The notes under the pieces were generated by a model, which saw nothing but the letters and a program-made list of their open reading frames with translations, made no database searches and was not told the origin of the DNA. Below are positions 10,340 to 20,436 of a stretch of DNA of 64,000 bases, one piece after another; position 1 is the first letter of the stretch; every line of letters begins with the position of its first letter. The position numbers and the translations under genes are program-made. Location of the stretch: IMG/VR virus record IMGVR_UViG_3300049435_000050, positions 1 through 64,000 of that record; one strand, written 5' to 3'. This DNA comes from a virus.

Positions 10340-10636
10340 ATGAAGTTCAGACACCATCATAGTCCGCATCATCATCGCCATCACTACTTTCACCGTGAGA
10401 ACTTGGATGTGTACATTAATGGTAAATTAGTATTAATCATCAAAAACATTCAAAAAATGGCAACCATCTCAATTGACATCGAGGACAACCAAGCAGACCT
10501 TGACACCCTCAAAACACAAATCGCAGACTCGGTAACAGCTTTATCTACTGCAATCGAGGCAGGTAATGCGGCTTTAGCATCTTTGCAATCGTTTCAAATT
10601 TCATTTACTGCAAGCGTAGTACCACCAACAGCTTAA
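10340..10636 (+). CDS. Hypothetical protein with His-rich N-terminus and coiled coil
   Basis: TAGATTTG immediately upstream; terminator downstream; possible internal start MATISID at 10457. Confidence 0.65.
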   Translation: MKFRHHHSPHHHRHHYFHRENLDVYINGKLVLIIKNIQKMATISIDIEDNQADLDTLKTQIADSVTALSTAIEAGNAALASLQSFQISFTASVVPPTA

Positions 10637-10660
10637 AAGGCTTTTTAAATGCATTTGATT

Positions 10661-10686
10661 AGCCCTGTGAATACGGGGCTTTTTTT
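10661..10686 (+). terminator. Intrinsic terminator
   Basis: AGCCCTGT-GAAT-ACGGGGCT followed by T run. Confidence 0.75.
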
Positions 10687-10997
10687 ATTTGTATATGCGG
10701 GATCTTGTGATTAGATTTAGGTTCTCATCAGTAGGTTTAATAATTGGTTAATAAGGGGCAGCATGCGAAACTCAATCCGGCTGCCTTTTTTAGTGGATAA
10801 AATGCTGAGAAAAAATAATAAACCATCCAAAAATCATCAATAAGACTGCGCACAACCTGAATGCCCAATGAATTTGAAATTCAGGTCTATTTGGGATAAA
10901 TGGAACGAATACTACCGCTGTGAAGTAAATAGTTCCTATCCATACGAAAATTGGTAAAGCGTTCATTGAAGTATAACATCCTATTTTTCAGAATGTT

Positions 10998-13334
10998 TTA
11001 GGCTATTTTACGGGGTTGTAACAATGACTCTAACTTAACTTTATTAAGTTGATTTTGTCCTTTTAAAATTTCCAACTGAATTTGTGAACGCATTTGGGCA
11101 TCAAGTTTCTGCTGTTGCAGTGCTGCTTCTTGTTGTGCTGATTGTTGATTTAACTGAGCATCTGTTTGGCCTTTTGCTGCAACTGACTGTTGTTGCATCT
11201 GTCCATTCATTTGGATAGATTGTTGTTGCTGCTGTGCATCCTGCTGTTCCCGTTTAGCAACTGCGAAAGCTGTATAAATTTGAGCCTGCTTTAATTTATC
11301 TGATCTGATCATGTTTTCTATGATGAGCATGTCCGATTCTGACATAGACTTCATACCGCCCTGACGCGAACTATTTCTCATTTGCATTAGGTTTTCTAAC
11401 ATCAATGCCTTGTCACTGCTATTGAGGCCAGGCACCACCTGAGTATCAAAATCGTAGTCAAATATCTTTTCACTGACAGCCACAATTTCCAGTGACCGTG
11501 ATATGCTCAGTTTTTTCTTCTGTTCAGGAGTAGCATATTTAGCCACACACTGCCATTTGCTTGACACTACCTCATACGTTGCCTGTGTCATCTGCACCAT
11601 GCCATTGATAAGCGGTGTTAATGAGTTTTGAGCACCTTCAAGTAATAACTTCGATACCCCAAGTCCTGTTTGTTCATGCGGTGTCTGTGCCGCGAAAATA
11701 TCATTTACCCCTGTTACCTTTTCTATCATACCTATAACACGTCCCATATCTTCCCACCATGCCCCTATCATCTGCATGAGGTCTGTTCCTATTGGCACTA
11801 CCGGCCTTCCTGCGCCTTGGTTTTGTCCCCATTGGTTCTTGGTATCCATCAATAGGTAGCCTTCGTCCTGTAGTATTTTTAGCAGTTGTTGTGGTTTGTA
11901 GCTTACCCCGTCTATCTTCATTCCCTCAAGTGCGCCCTTGTCTATAGCTAAGTTTGGCGGTGCAGGCATTTTAGCCCTTGCTACACGCAGTTTTAGCATG
12001 ATAAGCTGTGCATCATCTACGAAAGGAATAGAACGTTCTACGATGCTTGTAGAGCCTGTACGGGTGAATTTAAGTGGGAATAGCGGCCATTTTTTGCCGC
12101 CCTCTGTCTTGTAGTTGATGTCGGTATCCTCTCCATAGTCAAATGCGTAAGCCGACCCAAGTACCATACTGGCCTTATAAATGGTCATGTTGGAGTATGA
12201 GTCAACGGTTTTACCGTCTTTTATGCCCTGCTTGTCCAGTGTATAGTTTACGTCAACCTCGTTTACGACAAGTGAGCCTGTTCTTTTACTGGTTACGCTG
12301 GTTACCCTCTTTGACTTACTGCCTATCCAATAACCCCGAAATACGTCTACCTGGATCTGATCGATCATCCTGAAGTCAAACTGGTCATTGTTAGTTTGCA
12401 GTGAGGTGTAGAAATTGACTATGTTGTTGTCACGGTACTTGCTTGCTATCTCGACAATTTGCTTGTCGGTAAGTGTTGATGTCCTGCGAAGTTCCGATAT
12501 GCTTATCCTATCCCACCATCCGCCCCAAGAGGCATCTCGGTAATCCCGATACTGACTGTGAGGGAACACGGCACGCTCAATATCCACATATCCTTCTTCT
12601 ACCTCGTTACTATTCGGGTTGGTGAATACGCGCCTCGCTGAATAGCCGCAAGTGATAAGGTCATCATTGATAAGATCCTCTATCCCTTCTGTCTTGCTGA
12701 TATAGCGTGTGGTGTCAATCAGGTTTTCCAGTGACGCTTCTTCTTCAAGCATAAACAAGCCGATAGACTGCGCTAAATCAACATCTTCAGGTGAGTTTAT
12801 AGGTACGGAGTTATTGGCTACAGGAGGCTTTGGCGGTGCAAGGTTTACAGTGTGGTTCTGGTTGATATTGGTAAGCATATTACCAAGACGTATATCAGTT
12901 ACTATTTTGGCTATGGCAACTTTGGTCTTTTTGTCCATCAATGCCTCGTAGTCACTTGCCTGCACGTTGATGTCGTATTTATTTTTCATCAGGAAACCAA
13001 GCACTGCATCGCACTTCTGCGGTAGCACCTGTGTCATGTCCCATGAAATGTTTAGTGTTGTTTTGCGTTGCCCCGAATCATCAGGGAGTCCTATCATCCA
13101 GTTCTTATACTTGTTGATGTTGTTTCGCCCGTGTCGGTATGCCCTAAGTTCGGCTATTGACCTGCGTGTTCCCCATCCATCATACGGTAATGAGCATCTG
13201 TTCATGAAGTATTTGGAACACATCGCGTTACACGCTGCTAAGAAATATCCCTCATCTTTTACCGGATTAGCCTCATCCGGGAAAGGATACGCATTATCAC
13301 GCACATACTGGCTTGCATATTTTAATTTATCCAT
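10998..13334 (-). CDS. Portal protein
   Basis: 778 aa downstream of terminase; 'IEKVTGVNDIFAAQTP..GLGVSKL' and Q-rich C-terminal barrel typical of P22/crAss-type portals. Confidence 0.85.
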   Translation of the reverse strand: MDKLKYASQYVRDNAYPFPDEANPVKDEGYFLAACNAMCSKYFMNRCSLPYDGWGTRRSIAELRAYRHGRNNINKYKNWMIGLPDDSGQRKTTLNISWDMTQVLPQKCDAVLGFLMKNKYDINVQASDYEALMDKKTKVAIAKIVTDIRLGNMLTNINQNHTVNLAPPKPPVANNSVPINSPEDVDLAQSIGLFMLEEEASLENLIDTTRYISKTEGIEDLINDDLITCGYSARRVFTNPNSNEVEEGYVDIERAVFPHSQYRDYRDASWGGWWDRISISELRRTSTLTDKQIVEIASKYRDNNIVNFYTSLQTNNDQFDFRMIDQIQVDVFRGYWIGSKSKRVTSVTSKRTGSLVVNEVDVNYTLDKQGIKDGKTVDSYSNMTIYKASMVLGSAYAFDYGEDTDINYKTEGGKKWPLFPLKFTRTGSTSIVERSIPFVDDAQLIMLKLRVARAKMPAPPNLAIDKGALEGMKIDGVSYKPQQLLKILQDEGYLLMDTKNQWGQNQGAGRPVVPIGTDLMQMIGAWWEDMGRVIGMIEKVTGVNDIFAAQTPHEQTGLGVSKLLLEGAQNSLTPLINGMVQMTQATYEVVSSKWQCVAKYATPEQKKKLSISRSLEIVAVSEKIFDYDFDTQVVPGLNSSDKALMLENLMQMRNSSRQGGMKSMSESDMLIIENMIRSDKLKQAQIYTAFAVAKREQQDAQQQQQSIQMNGQMQQQSVAAKGQTDAQLNQQSAQQEAALQQQKLDAQMRSQIQLEILKGQNQLNKVKLESLLQPRKIA

Positions 13335-13336
13335 TT

Positions 13337-14053
13337 TTATGCGTATTTTAAACTTGACCTATTTGGATATCTACCATTTAGCCAATACCTTAATGTACTA
13401 TCATTTATACCTATACTCTCCGCTGCTGTTAAAACAGAATTATAATAAATGCCATTCTCGAAATTTAATACAAGCTTTGCCCGTGAGTGAGATTCACTTA
13501 ATTTTTGACGTTGCTCTAATGACATTATTTTGCCTTTATTAGGAGATACTCTGCCTTTAAGACCTTTGCTCATATTAATTCTTGATTGCAATGTATGAAC
13601 TCTGCCTTTATTAGGAGATGGCTTCCCCTTTCTTGCTAACGAAAGTTTCAATCTATGTTCATCTGTAAACTTTTTACCAAAGTTTGCATTTTTTTCACCT
13701 GACCTACTTCCAATACGTCTCTTTAAACTATTACCTGTAAGTAATCTATTGGCTGTACCTTTACCACCAGTTGTTAAATTCAACCCAAATTGATTATTTC
13801 CTCTCCATGAATTAAATTCTTTAATCCAAAAAATCTCTAACTCATGAGCAATTTTATAATCACATGTTTCTATAACAATGAATCTACAAGTATCAAATGG
13901 ATGTTTTTTTAATGCATCACGAAGTAATCTTTGCTCTGATGTTGGCTTCATTATTTGATAATCCCTTATTCTGAATTTAAGGTTTGAGGTACAGCCTACA
14001 TATATCCTATTTGTCGGGGTAACTATTAAATAAATATATCCTAATTTCTCCAT
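13337..14053 (-). CDS. GIY-YIG homing endonuclease with NUMOD3 repeats
   Basis: GYIYLIV..RIYVGCT; repeated 'GKKFTDEHRLKLS/GRVHTLQSRINMS/GKIMSLEQRQKLS'; AT-rich. Confidence 0.9.
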   Translation of the reverse strand: MEKLGYIYLIVTPTNRIYVGCTSNLKFRIRDYQIMKPTSEQRLLRDALKKHPFDTCRFIVIETCDYKIAHELEIFWIKEFNSWRGNNQFGLNLTTGGKGTANRLLTGNSLKRRIGSRSGEKNANFGKKFTDEHRLKLSLARKGKPSPNKGRVHTLQSRINMSKGLKGRVSPNKGKIMSLEQRQKLSESHSRAKLVLNFENGIYYNSVLTAAESIGINDSTLRYWLNGRYPNRSSLKYA

Positions 14054-14118
14054 TTTGGTGATTGAGCCGTATGGGGTATAAATGTAATAATTTTAATTTG
14101 ATAATATAAATATACTAT

Positions 14119-16233
14119 TTATACCCTATAAACGGTAAACCAAGTGGCTTCTTTTGATTCTTCTACTTGCTCGTCTGGAAACCGTAAATAGACTTTTTCC
14201 TTGGCAAGTAATCCAAAACCCCCACAAACTCCTGTGTCATTTACAGTACGGGACTTCCTGGTTTTATTCAAACTCAACCATGCTAAAATAATACGTCTAT
14301 GCTTAATTGCATTACTAAAATTCATCACATAATGGGCAATAGCCATAAAATATTGCTCAACGGTTTCCTCTGTGGCCGGAGTCCCCACTTGCTTTATACC
14401 CTTAGCCTCATATGCTTTATGATCAAATGTGCTTTCTGGCCTATCCATTAGGTATTCTGCATATCCTCGTGCCCTGAAATAACTTTTAATTGATCGTTTA
14501 TTATTCTCTGTATTCATCTGCGTCCCATAATAAACATGCATCATAATCATGTCCTCAAAAAATACATTTGGATCATCTTCTCTAAATAAATAATCTGCTA
14601 CAAACTGATTAGTATCCCATTCCCACCCAAAATCTATTGGCGTACCATCGTCGTGCTTTTTGGCGCCATCGATCATGTCGTCGTACATACGAAATATCAT
14701 ACCTGCCCCTTTAGATGCCCTATTAACATCTACTATTTCGGCTATATCATGTTCAAATGGGTCACAACTTCCGCGATAGTTTCTTATATTTCCCGGATAG
14801 CGAGTTCCGCCAATTATAATGTGTTGGTTATCCTTACCATCTTTTAGCAATTGGCTTACTTCCCACTTCCCGTCATCACATGGTCTGAAAATAACTTTGG
14901 TGTCCCGTTGACCGTTTACCCACTCAAAGTTACCGCGTACTGTCCAATCTTTAGCAGGTAGCCCGTAGCTTTCAGGGTGGTCTATTCTCTGTAAAATATC
15001 AATAAGGCGTTCCCTATTGAATGAACCTTTCTCCCCGCTTGGCGTTAATGCTTCTTCTATGGTTCTCGGTGATTTTCTTAGCAGGCTGCCTATAGCTTTC
15101 TCCTTGCCCTGTGCCCGTAAGTTGGCTATCTCCCGTTCCAATCTAACTTTTGCTTCTTCACGTTTAGGGAATCCCCAATCATCCGGCTCTGCCACATCTT
15201 CAACGGTGATGAATACCCGCCATAACCCTGTGGTGGTACGCCCATTCTCATTTAGCTGTTCCTGGTTGCTGTCGTGCCAAAATAAGTTTACCTCGTCAAT
15301 CTGCTGGTCATCTATTTCCTCTATGCTTGACTCCACCCAACATTTACCTACGATCTGTGCGCCATCGAAGTAGTGTAGGGTTGGCTTAAATACCTCCCAC
15401 CATTTTATCAGTGACATCGTTTCGAGCTTTCCTGCTTCGTTAAGGATACCCCTGTTGCTCTCCTGCCCGTCATAGGCGCTTGCTTTAGCAGGCTCAAAGT
15501 CGATCTTGCTTGACAGTTCTTCTTCACTGTACTTCACCTCGTCGGTATCGGCGTCCTTTTCTGCCATGCCCTTCATCTTGGCATCGGTCATGCGTTCTGA
15601 CGGGTAACTGAACTCCAAACGATCTTCAGGGTCATCACTACCCTTGTGTACAGGCTTCATGAACCATATCATCTTCTTATTAGCCCTTGTGATGCGCTTG
15701 AAGTTTTTGTAAGCCTCGGTGTCGTTCTTGGACTGATTGTGCCCCTGAACGTTCCTTACACGGCTACAGAACTCATATTCCTCGCCTAATGTAAATTCAG
15801 TCTTACCACCACGGCGGGGGCCGATAAGGAACAGGCCATAGCAGTCTACGTCCCTTACCACCATGTTCCACAATTGGAAGATGCAGCACTGGAAGTAACG
15901 AAAGCCTGGATGTATGTTTTTTATTGTCCACCAGTAGTTAAGGAAGAAGTAATAAGGGCCGGTGAAGTAAATTGGTTTGCCTTTAATGAGTATCCAAATG
16001 CCATTCTTGCGCTTGTGCCACTCGTTCTGTATCCATTCTTCCTCCTGTTGAGTGACTTTGTTTTTGCGCTGCTGCAGGGATTTGGGTATTTCGACATGCT
16101 TAAACTTTTGCTCCTTTTCAGGAAGTCCGTAGTTTACCATGTGCTTTAAGGGTGGCATTTTGGGTAGCGGTATTTTATACCCAGCAAATTCAGTATACCC
16201 TCCTACCTCTGACCAATCTGCTGTGTATTTCAA
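14119..16233 (-). CDS. terL: Terminase large subunit
   Basis: Walker A 'GPRRGGKT', Walker B 'GILNEAGK', nuclease 'GSCDPF', 'ENNK'. Confidence 0.9.
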   Translation of the reverse strand: MKYTADWSEVGGYTEFAGYKIPLPKMPPLKHMVNYGLPEKEQKFKHVEIPKSLQQRKNKVTQQEEEWIQNEWHKRKNGIWILIKGKPIYFTGPYYFFLNYWWTIKNIHPGFRYFQCCIFQLWNMVVRDVDCYGLFLIGPRRGGKTEFTLGEEYEFCSRVRNVQGHNQSKNDTEAYKNFKRITRANKKMIWFMKPVHKGSDDPEDRLEFSYPSERMTDAKMKGMAEKDADTDEVKYSEEELSSKIDFEPAKASAYDGQESNRGILNEAGKLETMSLIKWWEVFKPTLHYFDGAQIVGKCWVESSIEEIDDQQIDEVNLFWHDSNQEQLNENGRTTTGLWRVFITVEDVAEPDDWGFPKREEAKVRLEREIANLRAQGKEKAIGSLLRKSPRTIEEALTPSGEKGSFNRERLIDILQRIDHPESYGLPAKDWTVRGNFEWVNGQRDTKVIFRPCDDGKWEVSQLLKDGKDNQHIIIGGTRYPGNIRNYRGSCDPFEHDIAEIVDVNRASKGAGMIFRMYDDMIDGAKKHDDGTPIDFGWEWDTNQFVADYLFREDDPNVFFEDMIMMHVYYGTQMNTENNKRSIKSYFRARGYAEYLMDRPESTFDHKAYEAKGIKQVGTPATEETVEQYFMAIAHYVMNFSNAIKHRRIILAWLSLNKTRKSRTVNDTGVCGGFGLLAKEKVYLRFPDEQVEESKEATWFTVYRV

Positions 16234-16766
16234 ATTACTCCCTTCTGCATTGCGTTCTTCTCAGCGTACTGCAATAGCCTTGCTGTTTCCTGTCGTACTA
16301 CTTTACGTGTTTCAGAATCGGGGAATATCTGCTTTTCGTAGTCTACAAGCGATTTGTGTATGTCGCCAAGTTGCTTTTCTATATTCATCCTTTCCCGTAT
16401 CGACCGTTCCATATCATCAATGTCCATTGGCTGACGGATATAGCTGGTGATCTGGTGAAAGTTGATGAGCTTGGATTGCCAAATAACGTAGGCAAGGTTA
16501 TCCATGAGCATGAATAGGCTTGTAGCTATTTTGTTGTATTCTAAGTTTTCGCCCTCTGCTATTCTTGGGTATTCAGCGCCTACATGCTTTAAAACTTTTT
16601 TGAGCCTTGACGCATAATCTTCCCTGTCGGCTAACAGGAATGGGCTGTCGTCGCTTATCATCCATATGGCTACCCTTAATAGCTTATCGTCCTCTGTTAT
16701 ACCCTTTAGCGTAGGGTATCTTTCAACCATAGGTTCTTTACAATCAGCGTCATAACGCATACTCAA
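16230..16766 (-). CDS. Candidate terminase small subunit
   Basis: 178 aa, helical, overlapping the terL start; positional inference. Confidence 0.45.
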   Translation of the reverse strand: MSMRYDADCKEPMVERYPTLKGITEDDKLLRVAIWMISDDSPFLLADREDYASRLKKVLKHVGAEYPRIAEGENLEYNKIATSLFMLMDNLAYVIWQSKLINFHQITSYIRQPMDIDDMERSIRERMNIEKQLGDIHKSLVDYEKQIFPDSETRKVVRQETARLLQYAEKNAMQKGVI

Positions 16767-17526
16767 TGTCCTCCACTTTACCTGCTATATCCTTACGATG
16801 TATCACTTCAATATCCCTCAACTCGTCATTTCCTACCTCGTAGCTGATACGAAATCCCCTGTTTTTGTCGATAACTATCCTGTCACCGTGTACCAATTCC
16901 ATTTTTGGTTCATATTCATGTTCCAAATGCGATTTACACGGTTTATCAGCCGATAGTACTGTTCCTTTGTTGCATTCGTACTTATTGTGCGTCCTTGTCA
17001 GTAAAATACCGCTTGAAAGTTCTAAACTGTCAGGCATCTGGTCTCGCAGGAAGAAAACGTATCCATTTACCGGGCGCAGGTCGTTATTTTCGTACACCCC
17101 GTAAATCCTGTCCATTCTTACCATAACACATAGCCCGTAATCAGCCGTTCTAACGAGCCTTACCTCCGTTTCAGCATCTATTTGCTCCCTGTAGTCAAAG
17201 AATACCTTGTCGCCTACCTTAATGTCGAAATTCGCATCAAATTCAAGTGAGTTTCGTACCATTGCGTTAAATTCATCGCCATGTCCATCACCTTTATCAG
17301 CAAAAAACCACTTGTCTTGTGGCAACATTATCACTTTCCCGCTTATAGACAGGTATTTGCTCTTATCCTGATTAAAATAGCTTAGTTGTATGCTTACCTT
17401 CCCGTCAGATGTTGCTATTTCATGAAAATCATATGTTGAATCTGCCTTTATAAGTGCGTAGTTGAATGGAATTATGGCAGTTTTGAGATCAATAGTGTCA
17501 ATCATATATTCAATAGTGTCAATCAT
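16750..17526 (-). CDS. Tandem GroES-like domain protein
   Basis: Two Cpn10-like halves: 'IPFNYALIK..SGKV..IKVGDKVFF' and 'RPVNGYVF..LSSGILL..KGTVLSA..GDRIV'. Confidence 0.6.
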   Translation of the reverse strand: MIDTIEYMIDTIDLKTAIIPFNYALIKADSTYDFHEIATSDGKVSIQLSYFNQDKSKYLSISGKVIMLPQDKWFFADKGDGHGDEFNAMVRNSLEFDANFDIKVGDKVFFDYREQIDAETEVRLVRTADYGLCVMVRMDRIYGVYENNDLRPVNGYVFFLRDQMPDSLELSSGILLTRTHNKYECNKGTVLSADKPCKSHLEHEYEPKMELVHGDRIVIDKNRGFRISYEVGNDELRDIEVIHRKDIAGKVEDIEYAL

Positions 17527-17539
17527 ATATTCAATAGTG
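17489..17539. repeat. 21-bp tandem duplication at a gene junction
   Basis: TCAATAGTGTCAATCATATAT x2 plus partial; gives MIDTIEY-MIDTID. Confidence 0.9.
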
Positions 17540-18467
17540 AATTTATGCGTAATTTATTTATATCCGAAAGTAATAAATTTTCTTCAATATACTTACACCC
17601 CTGCGTATGCTTTTCTTTTAACAGAGCCTCATCTGAAATATATTCATAGAACTTATCCAATGGCATCACAAAATCTAAGTCAAATTCAGGTAAATTTTTA
17701 TTTCCAAAATAAGCACCCCCCACCAGATGACTTTCAATCATGCTTATATTTGATTTTCCTCTATTCAACATAGTGTCACATAATGGGAATATCATAGCTT
17801 TAGGTTTAAGTTGTTTTAGATATTGAAAATAATGTGTAATAGGCATACCCTCCACTGAATTGTAATTATCACCACAACGCTGTTCTAAATAGGTAAACCT
17901 ATGCCCTATAAAATAAAAAGCCAATTCAGGGTGATTATTTACAATACCAGCTATTTGGTCAGCATTTTCGTACATATCCGCTTCATGGGTGGATCCCCCG
18001 CGCCAAACTATGTTCTTTGTTTCGTTGCTTTTCGCACATTTACCAAGTATATCTTCATTCAAAGCGTTAGGAATTACTATCCCTTTACCGAATGACTTAC
18101 GGACACTTTCGGTACTACACCACACCTCATCTGCCAATTTAATACACCTCAAAATAATTTCCCTTTGTTGGTGGTATTGGGCGAATGTAGGATTGAAGAA
18201 ATCAACATTAAGCACGTCATCATCATAGTCTAAAATTATTTTCAATCCACACATCTTGGCATTTTTTATCATTTGCAAACCGTTAGGCGTACCAGGCCGT
18301 TGTATAATGATAGCATCAGCTCCCTCTAAGTCCCATTGGCTTATTTGCCCGAAGTGCGATATGTCACGGGTGATAATGTCAGGGTGATTTATAAATGGGA
18401 GTACACCTGTAGTCCTATAAAAATCAGTGTTACCCCATGTGGAAGGCGAATAATAAAGTACTTGCAT
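17523..18467 (-). CDS. Glycosyltransferase (GT-B-like, phage type)
   Basis: 'IIIQRP', 'ILDYDDDV', 'ADEVWCST', 'VIPNA', 'WRGGSTHEAD', 'NRGKSNISMIE'. Confidence 0.75.
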   Translation of the reverse strand: MQVLYYSPSTWGNTDFYRTTGVLPFINHPDIITRDISHFGQISQWDLEGADAIIIQRPGTPNGLQMIKNAKMCGLKIILDYDDDVLNVDFFNPTFAQYHQQREIILRCIKLADEVWCSTESVRKSFGKGIVIPNALNEDILGKCAKSNETKNIVWRGGSTHEADMYENADQIAGIVNNHPELAFYFIGHRFTYLEQRCGDNYNSVEGMPITHYFQYLKQLKPKAMIFPLCDTMLNRGKSNISMIESHLVGGAYFGNKNLPEFDLDFVMPLDKFYEYISDEALLKEKHTQGCKYIEENLLLSDINKLRINSLLNI

Positions 18468-18515
18468 CTAAAAAAGTTATATATTTACTTAATTTTCACT
18501 TAATTTCATTTCAAA

Positions 18516-18740
18516 ATGGCAAACATTATCACGGTTTCAGCACAACTGCTAAACCACACACCCCCTTCAAGGGGACACAACATCGGGGTAGCATCAATTC
18601 TTGATGTTATTGACTACACTGGCACTGATTACCCTTTCATCAGGTCAATTGTCTACACATCAAATCCAGTATTAACAGCCCTTTATTGTAATGCTCCGGC
18701 ATCTGACATTAAGGTTTTAGCTAATGCTGCTTTGACCTAA
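18516..18740 (+). CDS. Hypothetical protein (isolated plus-strand gene)
   Basis: 74 aa; A-rich start; hairpin CTCCC...GGGAG directly downstream. Confidence 0.6.
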   Translation: MANIITVSAQLLNHTPPSRGHNIGVASILDVIDYTGTDYPFIRSIVYTSNPVLTALYCNAPASDIKVLANAALT

Positions 18741-18903
18741 AATTATTCTCCCTCGTCATTGGCGGGGGAGTTTATTTTACATACCTCTAATTTATCCAAC
18801 CACTCTTTTCTTAATTCATCAAGAGTAGAATGATCGAAATAATCATCACGCTGTACTGCATCTAAATATTCCTCCAATAATTCAATAAAAAGTTCTTCCA
18901 TTA

Positions 18904-19596
18904 TTATTTCCTTTTAAAACACATCAAATGTACTACGTTAGCTATAAATTCCCATTGGTCAAGATTGGTTGTCAGGTATGCAAGCAACGCGTCACTAACC
19001 TCTTTATGCCCTCTGAAATAACCATGGGGCATATTCATATAATGTCCTGCATCGTCAACTAACAGATAGCCACCTTTCTTAATTAACGGGGCATAGTTTT
19101 TAAGATCATTAAGGCAACCGTCAAAACTGTGATCTCCGTCCACGTACAGGACATCCCACTTTCCCAAATCCTTTACTGCCTGAATGACCCATGGCTCGTT
19201 GCTAAGGCCTTTTATTATTCCCGGTGGGTTTAGCCCGAAGTATTCATGTAAGTCCTGTATACACTGCCAGTAGTCATGTTCCTGATAGCCTCCTTCGCTT
19301 GATAGTGGTGTTACTCCGTGTACAGTAGCATCGGGGCGAAGTAGCTTTATAAGTGACAGTGTGCCGCTTTTATAAACACCTATTTCCAAGAAACTAAATC
19401 CTTTCTCCTGTTCATCACATATCAGTTTCCACAACCACCAAAAACTTTTTTCGCCAAATCCATATCCGTTAGCCACAAATTCCCTATGCGTTTTTAGGTT
19501 ATGATCGGCATCTACAAGTTGGCAGAATAGATCGTTGATATGAGCGTGACTTTCTTTGGTATCAAGCCAATGAGACTTTAAATCAATTAGATTCAT
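18904..19596 (-). CDS. Class I SAM-dependent methyltransferase (Methyltransf_24-like)
   Basis: 'FLEIGVYKSGT', 'DVLYVDGDHSFDGCLNDL', 'GGYLLVDD'. Confidence 0.85.
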   Translation of the reverse strand: MNLIDLKSHWLDTKESHAHINDLFCQLVDADHNLKTHREFVANGYGFGEKSFWWLWKLICDEQEKGFSFLEIGVYKSGTLSLIKLLRPDATVHGVTPLSSEGGYQEHDYWQCIQDLHEYFGLNPPGIIKGLSNEPWVIQAVKDLGKWDVLYVDGDHSFDGCLNDLKNYAPLIKKGGYLLVDDAGHYMNMPHGYFRGHKEVSDALLAYLTTNLDQWEFIANVVHLMCFKRK

Positions 19597-19798
19597 GGTA
19601 ATGCTCTATAATAATAAAACTAACACTTATAAAAAAGAACGAAGCCCATGTCAAAAATCTATATCTGAAAAAATCTATAATGATATGGTCTGACAATAAT
19701 AAACACTTCATATAAATGCTAACTATTACTAAAAATATCAACATTATAAATGATATTTCTAAAAAGTGGTAAATTATATGTTCTTTAATCCATTTCAT
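19583..19798 (-). CDS. Small membrane protein (2 TM)
   Basis: Two hydrophobic segments; overlaps both neighbours. Confidence 0.5.
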   Translation of the reverse strand: MKWIKEHIIYHFLEISFIMLIFLVIVSIYMKCLLLSDHIIIDFFRYRFLTWASFFFISVSFIIIEHYHESN

Positions 19799-20436
19799 AT
19801 CAGTTCAATTATTTTACTCATATCAGCTTGACCGTTTCCATGCACCAAAACCGGAGTTGTTAATGTTTCTTTGTTAATTATTCTACCATTAACGAAATTA
19901 AAATCTGTCCATAATGTCCCACACAAATTCTGGAAAACTTGGCAATTCGTATCCAATTCCATATCATACTTATAACCTTTAGTTATAAATGTCTTAGCTA
20001 AACACACTTGATCATTATCGATTATAGTTATAGGGTTCTCCTCAAACATACGGCAGAACAGTTCCACACTGACAAATGAAACGCCACCATTAAGGTACTT
20101 GAACCGTGACTTAGTTGATGGGTACAAATACGCCCACTGTTCATAAGGCCATGCATTAATTTCTGCCCCGAACAGTATTACATCCTTGTCTAGGATCCCA
20201 TCCAAAGCCTCCTGCATACTCCCTAACGCGATCACATCGTAAGCGTCAACTATAAATAGGTGGGTACAATCTGTTGTCTTGGCGTAGTTGTAGGCGTTAA
20301 CCATTTTACTGCCGAAAGCCTGATACTGCATACCGCATACTTCCCAATCCCATTCAAACTTTTCAAGTGACCGTACAAGGTTTTTATAACCAGGATGGTT
20401 AAGGTCGGAAACAGTAGTTATTAATTTACATTTCAT
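19795..20436 (-). CDS. PLOD/LH3-type glycosyltransferase domain protein
   Basis: 'IVDAYDV', 'LFGAEINAWP', 'KYLNGG', 'DNDQ', 'LDTNCQVFQNL', 'PVLVHGNG' follow the procollagen lysyl hydroxylase GT-domain pattern. Confidence 0.8.
   Translation of the reverse strand: MKCKLITTVSDLNHPGYKNLVRSLEKFEWDWEVCGMQYQAFGSKMVNAYNYAKTTDCTHLFIVDAYDVIALGSMQEALDGILDKDVILFGAEINAWPYEQWAYLYPSTKSRFKYLNGGVSFVSVELFCRMFEENPITIIDNDQVCLAKTFITKGYKYDMELDTNCQVFQNLCGTLWTDFNFVNGRIINKETLTTPVLVHGNGQADMSKIIELI

Noticed and set aside
13337-14118. Group I intron around the GIY-YIG gene
   Set aside because: Terminase and portal ORFs look complete and flanks are only 2 and 65 nt; a free-standing endonuclease fits better
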